Source of the DNA: Vicugna vicugna | Taxonomy: Eukaryota | Assembly (NCBI GenBank): GCA_013265495.1 | Contig: MU058418.1 | Location: 2,999,491-3,028,256, forward strand | Direction: 5' to 3' | Length of the DNA stretch: 28,766 nt | Part shown: positions 13,738-24,285 of the stretch, piece by piece | Numbering within the stretch: position 1 is the first letter of the stretch | Layout of the letters: every line of letters starts with the position of its first letter | Translations under genes and position numbers: made by a program | Notes under the pieces: model-generated | What the model saw: the letters and a program-made list of their open reading frames with translations, nothing else | Databases searched by the model: none | Told to the model about the DNA's origin: nothing

Positions 13738-14053
13738 ATATTGTCCAAATACATTTCTAAGCTAGCAAAAAACTAAGCAATACTCAGAGGCCAAAAACCA
13801 AGTGAAACCAGGAAACTGGAGAGGTAAACAAGCACCAAAGGAAGATTTTATGGAGGGTAGGAGATATATTCTGAATTCTGGTGACCTTGAACTAGACTTC
13901 TAATGGCCATGAAAGCAGACAGGAGAAAAACCCAAAACCCCAACCAAGGTAGGGAATCTAATAGGAGATCCTCACAGACACACATATTCACACCTGCAGA
14001 CTAGGACACAAAGGTCTACACCTTCATTAAACATTTAAAATATCTGTCCTACA

Positions 14054-15282
14054 AAGAACTTCACAAAGAAGCAAAAACTGAAGGAGTTTAGCAATACTAA
14101 ACCCATGCTAAAAGAAATATTGACAGGTCTACTCTAAATAGAAAAGAAGCAGGATGCTACAAAAATGAGAAACTCATAACTGGAAAGGTGATAACTATCA
14201 TGAATTTCAAATAGAATAAATACAAAATTGTGAAAGAAGACATCTAAATCATTAAGAGTGGGAGAGGGAAGCAATGAAATATAGAGTATTTTTTTTCTTT
14301 TTTTCTTTCTTAAATTTTTTGTTCTCCATAGGATGTAGTTGAGATTATATTACTATCAGTTTGATACANNNNNNNNNNNNNNNNNNNNNNNNNNNNNNNN
14401 NNNNNNNNNNNNNNNNNNNNNNNNNNNNNNNNNNNNNNNNNNNNNNNNNNNNNNNNNNNNNNNNNNNNNNNNNNNNNNNNNNNNNNNNNNNNNNNNNNNN
14501 NNNNNNNNNNNNNNNNNNNNNNNNNNNNNNNNNNNNNNNNNNNNNNNNNNNNNNNNNNNNNNNNNNNNNNNNNNNNNNNNNNNNNNNNNNNNNNNNNNNN
14601 NNNNNNNNNNNNNNNNNNNNNNNNNNNAGCAAGAACCTATGCTGCATACAAGAGACCCACTTTAGGGAGAAGGAACCCTACTTCAAAATGACACCTGCAC
14701 CCCAATGTTCATAGCAGTACTGTTTACAATGCCCAAGACATGGAGGTGGCCTAAATGTCCATCAACAGATGACTGGATAAAGAAGATGTGGTATATTTAT
14801 TTATACAGTGGAATACTACTCAGCCATAAAAACTGACAACATATGCCATTTGCAGCAACATGGAGAATGTCATTCTAAGTGAAGTAAGCCAGAAAGAGAA
14901 AGAAAAATACCATATGAGATCGCTTATGTGTGGAATCTTAAAAATAAATAAATAAATAAATAAATACAAAACAGAAACAGACTCATAGACATAGAATACA
15001 AACTTGTGGTTGCCAAGGGGGCTGGGGGGTGGGAAGGGACAGACTGGGATTTCAAAATGCATAATAGATAAACAAGATTATACTGTATAACACAGGGAAA
15101 TATATACAAGATCTTGTGGTAGCTCACAGTGAAAAAAATGTGACAATATATATATGTTCATTATAACTGAGAAATTGTGCTCTACACTGGAATTTGACAC
15201 ATTGTAAAATGACTATAACTCAATAAAAAATAGTTTAAAAATAAAATAAAATAAAATAAAATAAAATAAAATAAAATAAAAT
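14054..15282 (+). mobile_element. Young LINE-1 derivative: ORF1 end, spacer, ORF2 with large internal deletion, 3' UTR and (TAAAA)n tail
   Basis: Perfect 17-bp TSD AAAATATCTGTCCTACA at 14037..14053 and 15283..15299; ORF1 end KNFTKKQKLKEFSNTKPMLKEILTGLL* (14054..14137); LCCIQETHF joined to DTCTPMFIA near 14670. Confidence 0.92.
14369..14627. other. Assembly gap (259 N)
   Basis: Run of N characters. Confidence 1.
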
Positions 15283-15286
15283 AAAA
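15236..15286. repeat. (TAAAA)n pentanucleotide repeat derived from the L1 poly(A) tail
   Basis: Read directly. Confidence 0.95.
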
Positions 15287-15416
15287 TATCTGTCCTACAT
15301 CAGAGGACAGCAAAGAATCTTACCTGTCTTGACCTTGGCTCTAGGTAGAAGGACAGGGAAGCTACCCTAATAATTTACAAATACAAGCATAGATTCATGG
15401 CCAAATTCAAGCTACC

Positions 15417-15915
15417 TGTTGTTAGATAATTCTTCATGATTCTCTTTTTTCTGCACATCTTGTGAGCAGAGGTACTATCTTTGTTCCAGACTATCTTTTC
15501 AACAGTTTATGTTGTGAGCAGTCTTAGAAGATAATAATGGTGTCTCCTTCTGGTCAAGAGGGCAGATTTGCTTACAGCCTTGGAAGATAGACATAATGTC
15601 TATCTCTGGTAAGGAAAAAATAAAAGGAAGTCATGCTTACTGCCTATTATAAAGTTTCCATGTTTTGTAAGTGTAGTGTTCCTTTCCTTTAATGTAACTC
15701 ACTGCAAGTATAGATGTCACTTGTCCTGCTTTCTGTTGCCCTGTGAGAATTGGGGCTTGGGGAACCAACACAAATACTGACACTTTGACTACTATCATTC
15801 CTTAGTCTGTCCTTAGTCTCTGACCCAAGAATAGCATGTCTTCAGCTAAAATCCATGCAATTATGGCAGGCTACCTGTGGCAGGATAAAATCTGAAACCC
15901 TTCACAGTCCTGAAT
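15417..15915 (+). mobile_element. ERVL solo LTR, MER77-like
   Basis: TTTCTGCACATCTTGTGAGCAGAGG...CTTTGTTCCAGACTATCTTTTCAA, internally repeated CTT(A/G)GAAGATA..TGTCT..CTGG unit, and the end ACCCTTCACAGTCCTGA. Confidence 0.7.
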
Positions 15916-16059
15916 GTCTAGGTGATCTCAAACACCTTTAGCTGAAAATTTGTTTTTATTTGTCCTAGGTTAGTAGTACCCATACACAGCTATTATAAGG
16001 AAAAGAAAATCCTTTCTGGAGAACACTCCTAAACTCAAGCCTCAAACAAATCCTACAGA

Positions 16060-16380
16060 AATGATTATATTGGACCCACCTGGATAATTCAAGATACTCA
16101 GTCTAGGAGGGAGGATATAGCTCAAGTGGTAGAGCATATGCTTAGCATGCATGAGGCCCTGGTTTCAATCCCCAGTTCCTCCTCTAAGAATAAATAAATA
16201 AACCTAATTACCCTCCCTCACCAAAAACAAAAAAACAAAAAAAGATACTCAGTCTATTTTTAAATTATCTCATTAGCAATGTCAGTTTCATCTGCAACCT
16301 TAATCCCTCTTTGTCAGGTAACCTAACATATTCACAGGTTCTGAGGATAGGTTCTGAGGGTTCCTTTTCTGCCTGCCATA
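16060..16380 (-). mobile_element. MLT1D-like MaLR LTR fragment, split by a SINE
   Basis: ATTGGACCCACCTGGATAAT...CATCTGCAACCTTAATCCCTCTTTG...TAACCTAACATATTCACAGGTTCTG. Confidence 0.7.
16106..16241 (+). mobile_element. tRNA-Ala-derived SINE (camelid Vic-1-like)
   Basis: GGATATAGCTCAAGTGGTAGAGC..CTTAGCATGCATGAGG head and A tail; perfect 15-bp TSD AAGATACTCAGTCTA at 16091..16105 and 16242..16256. Confidence 0.93.
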
Positions 16381-16394
16381 GACACTAATCTACA

Positions 16395-16820
16395 TGTCCA
16401 AGAATCCCAATCAATGTTAACCAAATAAAAAGAATCTAGGCATAGCCAAAATCTATACCTAGTCATGTCATAATGAAACTTCAGAATGCCGAAGACAAAG
16501 AGAAAATATTGAAAACAGCAAGGGAAAAGAGAGATTTCCTACAAATGGATAATTATACTAATATTTGACATAGCAACTACAACTAAAGTCAAAAGACAGA
16601 AGAAGAATATCTTCATTCTGTTGAGAACCATTAATAGTCAACGTATACTTTACCCCGAAATTGTCTTTTAAGAACAAGTGACAAATAATTTTCTAATCAA
16701 GTGTAAACTCAGAGAATTTTCCACTCAAGGACTCTCAGGATGTTCTAAAGGCACCCTAAGCTGAACTTAAACATGCATAGATCTGAGATGCAGGAAGGAA
16801 TGATGAACAAAGAAACTAAA
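16395..16820 (+). mobile_element. Ancient L1M ORF1 remnant
   Basis: Translates to PSHVIMKLQNAEDKEKILKTAREKR, an L1 ORF1p-like motif; decayed. Confidence 0.75.
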
Positions 16821-16834
16821 ATATGCATTCTCCA

Positions 16835-17045
16835 GACTTTTACTACAATAGGCTGCATAAACCACACCAAAAACTCAGTGGCTTACCAACAGCAAGCATT
16901 TATTCTCATGCTTATTTGTCTGCAGGCCCACACTTGTTTAGCTGATCTAGGTTGGCCCAGCTCTGCAGCAGGCTTCAGTCTGCAGGTTGGGCTAAGGCTT
17001 GCTCTTCTTATCTCATTCCAGGTGCAAGGGCTGAAGAAGTAACTA
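16835..17045 (-). mobile_element. MLT1H/I-like MaLR LTR fragment
   Basis: AAACCACACCAAAAACTCAGTGGCTTACCAACAGCAAGCATTTATT...GCTGATCTAGGTTGG. Confidence 0.65.
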
Positions 17046-17200
17046 CTGTTTACCAGTCTGTGTGTCTCCCACTAGATAATAAGTACTTTGGGGAATGGGG
17101 TGGAACATACTTTATTCACCATTGAATTTCTGGTACCTAGTACTTTGCCTAATACCAAGTGGGAATTCAAGAAATTTTTGCTGAAGAAATACATAAATCA
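17046..17200 (+). mobile_element. L2 3' end
   Basis: TGTCTCCCACTAGA...TTATTCACCATTGAATTTCTGGTACCTAGTAC..GCCT. Confidence 0.6.
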
Positions 17201-18491
17201 ACCATAATTTCCATCATGAATTATAATTATAAATTACAAGTATGAATTACATTCATAGTTGTTGAAGAGCCCAGCAAATGTTAGTACTTACTTAGTAAGG
17301 ATACAGTCATATTTTTAACCATTTTTAAGGAAGGAGGGAGGGAAGGAACAAAGGATGGAAGAAGGGAGGAGAGAATGAGATTTGATAGATTTTTGGATAG
17401 ATTTTTAAGGTAATTGTATCTAAAATGAATTATACTTAACCTATTAAGCCTCTCAATTCACTTGGCCTGTTAATAACAAAATAATTTTCTATGGTTATCA
17501 TGGCCTTTTGAAGATAGGTCTCCAAAATACAGAGGCAGTTTTTAAATTCATAAGTTATCTTACCTGCTTTTATATTTGAACTTAAAATGTTTTTAAAAGT
17601 TTTCTGAAAAGTTCTGGAATTGAATTTTATAAATTTACTTTGAAATGTGACATTTTATGCCCGAAAGTTCTTTTGAAGTTAAAAAATTTTGAAAATCTTA
17701 ATTTTCTTTAATTAAGGTTTTTTTTAATTTAGCTTAATATTCTTATAATATCTAGATTAAGGTTACCTGATTTCTAAAAGGGTCACCAGATCTGAAGATT
17801 TTCCCTTTCTATTCCTGTTCCCCTCCTTTTATCTTTCACAGACACTGCCCTCAGTAAATCTATTGCATTCCTAATTCCCTCCTGACATCTATTTTTTGGA
17901 AGACTCAGTCATCAGACACTGACCATATATTTCTCAGATGGGAAACAGACTCTCAGGAAGGAAATTGAAGATTGAATTGCTTAAGTAGTGGAGCATAAAT
18001 GAAGTGAAATTGGTATATGAGTAATCCATGCAGGGCTGCTTCATGGGCCTTTGGGCCTCATACTTAATTTTACCTTTGAACTTGTGTTTTGTAAGTGTAG
18101 TTCAATAGGACAGTGAACAGTCCCACCAGCAAGGGAGATGCACTGGGAAGGAGGGAAGCAGCACACGCAAAGGTTCAGACCCACGGGCATAGCAGGCAGC
18201 TTGGGTGTTGAGCAATTGGTCTGATAGCCCAGCACACTTGTGTAGGCCCAGGCCAGGGTCTGGGCCCAGTAGTGTTGGTGATGGTGTAGCAGCGGCATAA
18301 AAAGCAGAAATGGCAGCATCTACACAAATACTAACTCTCCAGCTTTAGTACCCAGACAGAAATTGCCAGTGCTCTGGCAATAGACACTGTCAATAAACTA
18401 TTACAAATTATTATAAAATGAAAATATACACATGGATATTGTAATAAAACACATATGAAAGTTGTTAAAATTCTTCAGTGAGTTTAGATTC

Positions 18492-18877
18492 TGTTAAGAA
18501 AGAGACCAGAGGCCCAAAATGGAGTCACCTATGTTAAGCCCCATGTCAGCAAACCAGGATTAAATACCTCACCTAACTACAGTTTCAGTCTCTCCCAGGA
18601 ATGGAAACTTTGGAATTGCCCGCTCAGCAGTAGTGTGGTACTTTGCCCTATAGACCCCATACATCCCCTATAGGAAGGTAACTTTGCATGAAAGAATCCA
18701 CTCTTTGCTAGAAACTGCCTTTTCCCACCTGCTTCTGCCGATAAAAGGCTTTCATTTTGTACAGCTCTTCAGAGGGCACTCCTTTCCATTTTCTAGATGG
18801 GATGAGGCCCAATTCATGAATCATTGAATAAACTCAATTAAATCTTTAAATTTACTTAGAATTTTGCTTTTTTAACA
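18492..18877 (+). mobile_element. ERV1-class solo LTR (MER34-like) nested in the hAT element
   Basis: TGTTAA...TTAACA termini, 4-bp TSD ATTC (18488..18491, 18878..18881), CAAAATGGAGTCAC near the 5' end and AATAAA near the 3' end. Confidence 0.88.
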
Positions 18878-19118
18878 ATTCAAAAGGTTTGAAAACTGCT
18901 GCAGCATTGCAAAGCAAATATTCACAGATTTACAAATAAAAAACTGAATTTAAAGATTGTCACATTTAACAGAATACTATTTTCACACAAAGCTTCAGGT
19001 GAACAAATTATTAAAAAAGAAGACAATTTTAAAATTATTTTTTTCTTTTAATTGAAGGTGCAGTAATAGAAAGCATAGACAGTCATCTTGAATTCATATA
19101 AATCACAAAGCCACTTTC

Positions 19119-19227
19119 TTATTCTTTTTTTTTTTAATCTTTCTGTTGGGGAGGTGGTAAGTAGGTTTATTTATTTTTAATATTCATGCTAGGCACACAC
19201 GCTACCACTGAGCTATTACCTCCCCCA
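19119..19227 (-). mobile_element. tRNA-Ala-derived SINE with internal deletion, nested in the hAT element
   Basis: Minus strand reads GGGGGAGGTAATAGCTCAGTGGTAGCGTGTGTGCCTAGCATG, then the AAATAAATAAACCTA body; perfect 14-bp TSD ACAAAGCCACTTTC at 19105..19118 and 19228..19241. Confidence 0.9.
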
Positions 19228-19500
19228 ACAAAGCCACTTTCAATTTCTTGTATGATCCTTACAATTACAGGAAATGTCAGAGGAAACATTAAAATTCCAT
19301 TGCATAAATTTACATTTACAATGAAATTTAGACTTACAGGAAACTGATGTATATGTAGAGTTAAATCTTTTTAGAAAAATTATTACATGTGAATCATTAG
19401 CTCTATGTGAATTAAAAGATGTATTTCAAAATAACATATCAGAAATTTAACCCAATGTTGTCATAGTCTATACAACACTCTTTTTTTCTATGAAATACTT

Positions 19501-19704
19501 TTAATAGCTCCAGTGGCAGTTGCATCAGCAGAAACATTCTTTTCAAAATTTAAAATTATCAAAAATTATTTGCAATTTCACATTTGCCAAGACCACCTGA
19601 TATAGCTTCCAGTTATACTGATTGAAAATGAAGTTGCTAAATGTAAAAATTTTGATGACCTAACAAATGAATTTGCAGACAAACAAGCCAGAAAAATCTT
19701 ATGA
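19501..19704 (+). pseudogene. hAT transposase C-terminal dimerisation-domain remnant
   Basis: LIAPVAVASAETFFSKFKIIKNYLQFHICQDHLI*LPVILIENEVAKCKNFDDLTNEFADKQARKIL* resembles the PVTVASAERSFSKLKLIKNYLR motif; internal stop at 19603..19605. Confidence 0.85.
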
Positions 19705-19964
19705 TCAATCAAGATATCACATTAATATTACTTATTAAAAATTATGACACAAAAGTAGACTTTTGTAATTAGTAAGTTTGTGTGTGACTCATGTATAATT
19801 ACCTCTATATGTTTTATAAGTAATAAAATATTTTTAAAGGAAAAAGGTTTATATTTTAGTACTTTTAATAGCACTTGTTTCATGCTTTTTGAACAAGGGT
19901 TCCCAAGTTTTCATTTTGCAGTCAGCCAAGCTAATTATGTAGCTGGTGTTGAATCCGTGGCATG

Positions 19965-20396
19965 TGTATCAGTCAGAGTTCTACCAGAGAAACAGAACCC
20001 ATTATACATATATAACACATATGTACGTACTGTTTCTCTCTATATATATAAATAAATATGTACTTGCAAAGAATTGTTACCTTAAGCAATCTAGAGTCTG
20101 GCTAGTCAAGTCTGAAGTCTGTAAGGCAGACCCACAAGCTAGAAACTCAAGCAGAAACTGAAGCTGCAGCCCATTAAGTAGATTTTCCTTCTTAGATGTT
20201 TTCTTAAGGCCATTCAACTGGATGAAAATAATCATCTAATTAATAACAATAATAGAGGATAATCTCCTATAAGTCAAAGATTGCAGAAATTAATCCCATT
20301 TTACTTACAAAATCCCTAGTAGCAGTACCTGGGTTAGTGTTTGAATAGTTAGATGCTATAGCCTAGCCAGATTAATACATAGAGCTAACCGCTATA
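19965..20396 (-). mobile_element. MLT2 (ERVL) solo LTR, MLT2C/D-like
   Basis: TGTATCAGTCAGAGTTCTACCAGAGAAACAGAACC start, internal TA-rich microsatellite, and CTATAGCCTAGCCAG..ACATA..CTAACC end. Confidence 0.85.
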
Positions 20397-20399
20397 GGA

Positions 20400-21240
20400 T
20401 GGATAACATTAAGATTCCTTGAAATATGATCTCTATGTTTGGGATGAAGTATCCTAAAAGGCAAGGCTTTGAGAATTCAAGTACAGGCTAGCCTAGTTGT
20501 ACTAGAGAACATAAAAAATTTCAGTAAGAATAAGAAAATGTCATGACGTTGAGCTCTGAGCTCAAGGAATAGGTAGGGAACCAGATGAATTCTATGATAA
20601 ACTTAAAAAAAATTGATCTCATTGATCTCTTGCAACTGCCTGGCAGACAAGACTCCAATTTAATTTTGTGGGGAACAGAATTAAAACAGAACACACAACC
20701 TCACCGTCTTTTATGTTAAGATTAGGATATTAGTTGGGAAAGGGGGAAACTCTTGAGAATCGAATTGGGGATAGTTGGATGGACTCAGACAAAACTGGGA
20801 ATCTTGTACCTTCAAATTTTCCTGAACCTCCCTTGCAGGTGAAACCAGAACCGCCTTCCCTGCCTGAAGAAACTGGTTTCCCTTGTTTAAAGATCCTATA
20901 AAACCTTGCCAAAGGCAAGTAACGTTGCTATTCTCTTGAAGACCCAATCCTACCTTCCCTGCCTGCCTCCAGTTGCTATTTAGCTCCCAGGGTGCCCTAA
21001 GGGGGAGGCTGCATATGTGTTCCAAAGAAATGTGCAAAAGTGTATTAATAGGACACTGGGAAATGTGGGAACAGATTCTAAGAACATTAAAGCAAGGAAG
21101 ATGTAACAAAAAACTGAATTGGGCAAAATTTATAAATATGAAGGCTCTGGGTTGTGATCCTGAATTTAACATTCAAACTGGAGCAGCTGAGGTGGCTCTA
21201 AGTTTCCTTGATTGGTTGACTGAACTTAGGCTGAACAGTG
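20400..21240 (+). mobile_element. ERVL/MaLR internal sequence, gag-like remnant
   Basis: WEQILRTLKQGRCNKKLNWAKFINMKALGCDPEFNI..SFLDWLTE resembles ERVL Gag (WEWILRVWDNGGRNIKLDQAEFIDMG..DSAFNV..SLFGWLAE); upstream VKIRILVGK resembles VKVRALIGKEW. Confidence 0.7.
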
Positions 21241-21879
21241 GTGATTATTTGAAAAGAAGACATCCTGGTTTTAGTTCTATTTGTGATTAATTTTTAAACA
21301 TTTAGAAGTAGTTTTTGAAATGCAGAAGAAACATATCTTCATTGTAAAATCATTTAACTGGTAAAAAGGTATATAATATAAAAATTAGTGTCCAGACTGG
21401 ATACCCCTGACCTCATTCCCCAGAAGTAACCACTGTTAACTAGTGTACATCTTCCAAGTCTTATTTTTTTTAATGTACAGGCAAATATAAAGACATACTT
21501 TTAAAGCACATTTCTAAGGCAGAAGTATATGGACTGAGGGTAGGAATAAATCACATTACTACCAGGAATGAGAAATGAAGAGTGTAAGAAGTGTTACCCT
21601 TGAAAGGACTAGACATCCTAAGTTTTCTAAGCTGAACCTGATTTCAATATTCTGCCCCATGATTGGACTACCAATCAAATCATATGTCCCAAACTTAGAT
21701 TTGAAGAATATGGTTATCATAATTAGGCCTCAGAAACAAGAAATATAGTAATCTGACTTAAGAAGAGGGAGTACAAGGGTGAATCAGATGAATGTGATTA
21801 GGTAAGAAAAGACAAGGCAAGGCAATGATATGAAAGGCTTCAAGGAGTTTGTACTTTATTTATTTATTTATTGTAGTGT

Positions 21880-22195
21880 AGTTTTTTTTTTTAACACTTT
21901 TATTGTGCTATGATTCCTGTACAGTAAACTACACATATTTCAAATGTACAATTTGATGAAGTTTGTTAGATGTATACACCAATGAAATCACCACCACAAT
22001 TAAGATAGCTAGTGGGGGAGGGTGTGGCTCAAGTGGTAGAGTGCGTGCTTAGCATGCATGAGGTCCTGGAGTCAATCCCCAGTACTTCCTCTAAAAATAA
22101 ATAAATAAACCTAATTACCACCCCCCCCCGAAAAAAATACGTTAAAAAAAAAACCATTAAAAAAACAGATAGCTAATGTTTCCATCACTCCCCAA
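21880..22195 (-). mobile_element. L1MB-like 3' end, split by a SINE
   Basis: ACAGTAAACTACACATATTTCAAATGTACAATTTGATGA...ACCACCACAATTAAGATA|..TTTCCATCACTCCCCAA. Confidence 0.75.
22015..22166 (+). mobile_element. tRNA-Ala-derived SINE (camelid Vic-1-like)
   Basis: GGTGTGGCTCAAGTGGTAGAGTGCGTGCTTAGCATGCATGAGGTCCTGG head, C-run and A tail; TSD AGATAGCTA(G/A)TG at 22003..22014 and 22167..22178. Confidence 0.92.
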
Positions 22196-22199
22196 GAGG

Positions 22200-22935
22200 T
22201 GCAAATTTAAAATTCCCAGTTTATCCTTTCCCACCCTTTTTACCGTCTGGTAACCATAAGTTTGTTCTCTACGTCTGAGTCTGTTTCTGTTTTGTAAATA
22301 AGTTCATTAGTGTCCTCTTTTTTAGATTCCACATATAAGTGATATCATATGGTATTTTTCTTTCTCTTTCTGGCTTACTTCACTTGGAATGACAATCTCC
22401 AGGTCCATATTGCTGCAAATGGCATTATTTTATTCTTTTTCATGGCTGAGTAGTATTCCATGATATAAATATACTACTACTTCTTTATCCTATTATCTGT
22501 CAATGGACATTTAGTTTGCTTCTATGTCTTGGCTATTGTAAATAGTGCTGCTATGAACATTGGAATGCATGTATCTTTCAAATTAGAGTTTCCTCCAGAT
22601 ACATGCCCAGGAGTGGGATCGCTGGATCGTATGGTAAGTCTATTTTTACTTTTTTAAGGAATCTCCATTCTGTTTTCCATAATGGCTGCACCAAACTACA
22701 TTCCCACCAACTGTATAGGAGGGTTCCCTTTTCTTCACACCCTCTCCAGCATTTGCTATTTGCAGCCTTTTTAATGATGGCCATTCTGACTGGTGTTAGG
22801 TGATACCTCATTGTAGTTTTGATTTACATTTCATGATATTGAGCATCTTTTTATGTGCCTGTTGGCCATCTGTATGTCTTCATTGGAGAAATGTTTGTTT
22901 AGATGTTCTGCCCCATTTTTGATTGAGTTGTTTGA
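22200..22935 (-). mobile_element. LINE-1 fragment (ORF2 C-terminus plus part of 3' UTR, no tail)
   Basis: [43 protein letters not shown] (22578..22811); co-linear with the 12202..13737 copy. Confidence 0.93.
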
Positions 22936-23124
22936 GCTGCATTTTTTTTTAATTTTTATTTGGAACGATTATAGATCTGAGAAAGAATGTAGGTCAATTA
23001 ATTTCAGCAAAAAGTTAAGAAGCATTCCCTGTGTCCAAGCCCTAATATGACAAAAGAAACAGACCCACCTCACAAAGTCCTGCAAATTCAATCCTCTATG
23101 TAGGGATCAACTAATAAATTGTGA

Positions 23125-23792
23125 AGTTTTAAAAAAATTTTATAAAATTGAAGTATAGTTGATGTATAATATTATGTGTTACAGGTATACAGTATAATGA
23201 GTCATGATTTTTAAAGGTTACATTCCATTTATAGTTTTTATAAAATATTGGCTATATTTCTCATGTTGTACAATATACTTTTGTAGCTTATTTTATAAAT
23301 AATAGTTTGTATTTCTTAATCCCCTACCCCAATAGTTTCCCTTTCTCCTTCCCTCTCCCCACTGGTAACCACTAGTTCTCTACATCTGTGAGTCTCCTTT
23401 TTTTGTTGTATTCACTAGTTTGCTGTATTTTTTAGATTCCACATATAAATGATATCATACAGTATTTTTCTTTCTCTGTCTGACTTATTTCACTTAGCAT
23501 AATACCCTCCAAGTCCATCCATGTTTGCTGCAAATGGCAAAATTTCATTCCTTTTTATGGCTGAGTAGTATTCCATTGTGTTTTTGTACCACATCTTCTT
23601 TATCCAGTCATCTGTTGATGGACACTTTAGGTTGCTTCCATATCTTGGCAATTGTAATAATGCTGCTGTGAACAACTGGGGTACATGTATCTTTTTGAAT
23701 TAGTGTTTTTGCTTTTCTTCCAGGAGTGAAATTGTTGGGTCATATGGTAGTTTTACTTTTAGTTTTTTGAGACATCTCCATACTGGTTTCTG
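23125..23792 (-). mobile_element. 5'-truncated LINE-1 inserted into a MIR
   Basis: KCPSTDDWIKKMWY..MEYYSAIK peptide plus 3' UTR; TSD ATAAATTGTGA at 23114..23124 and 23793..23803. Confidence 0.92.
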
Positions 23793-23935
23793 ATAAATTG
23801 TGATTTTTGAGTAAGTTTTTCATCTCTCTAAGCCTCAGTTTCCTCCTTAATATAAAAGAGCTAATAACACCTGCCTCATAGGGTTAATGGAAGGAACAAA
23901 TGAAAAGATATTTATATGAAGATGGATTTAAAACA
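23793..23935 (+). mobile_element. MIR (3' part; the 5' part lies near 23075..23124)
   Basis: TCTCTCTAAGCCTCAGTTTCCTC...ACCTGCCTCATAGGGTT core. Confidence 0.8.
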
Positions 23936-23984
23936 TAAATAGTCATAGAAATAAAAGTCTTTATTATCTCAATACTACTTTATA

Positions 23985-24285
23985 TAATAATAATATATAT
24001 CGAATCCTTGCTATGTGCCAGACACCCTTCTAAGGGCTTTTTGTGAATTAACTCTCAATTAATTAATACAAGGCTTAATAAGATGCCTAGCCATTAATTA
24101 CTCATTATAGGCTTTACATTAATTAGTCTTGAAAAATCATTTAGTCTTGAAAATGACTCTATTGGCAGTTACTACTAACACAATCTCCATTTTGCAGGTG
24201 AGGAATATAGAGGTAACTTGCACAAGGTCACTTATCTGGGAAGTGGTAGAGCTGGGATTTGAATTCAAATCCTATAGTACCTAGC
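23985..24285 (-). mobile_element. MIR SINE
   Basis: CTATGTGCCAGACAC...CTCCATTTTGCAGGTGAGGAA...AACTTGCACAAGGTCAC...GGTAGAGCTGGGATTTGAA. Confidence 0.82.

Larger units (their letters stand above)
18031..19951 (+). mobile_element. MER45-family (MER45R-like) hAT-Tip100 DNA transposon with both ends and a transposase remnant
   Basis: Left end CAGGGCTGCTTCATGGG; right end TTTTTGAACAAGGG..TTTTCATTTTGCA..AATTATGTAGCTGGTGTTG; 8-bp TSD AATCCATG (18023..18030) / AATCCGTG (19952..19959). Confidence 0.88.

Noticed and set aside
14339..14714. ORFs of 100-117 aa in the track
   Set aside because: Artefacts of translating through the N gap.
22015..22095. Functional tRNA-Ala(AGC) genes here and at 10475 and 16106
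   Set aside because: Each has a SINE body, A-rich tail and TSD, plus T-arm/B-box and stem mutations.
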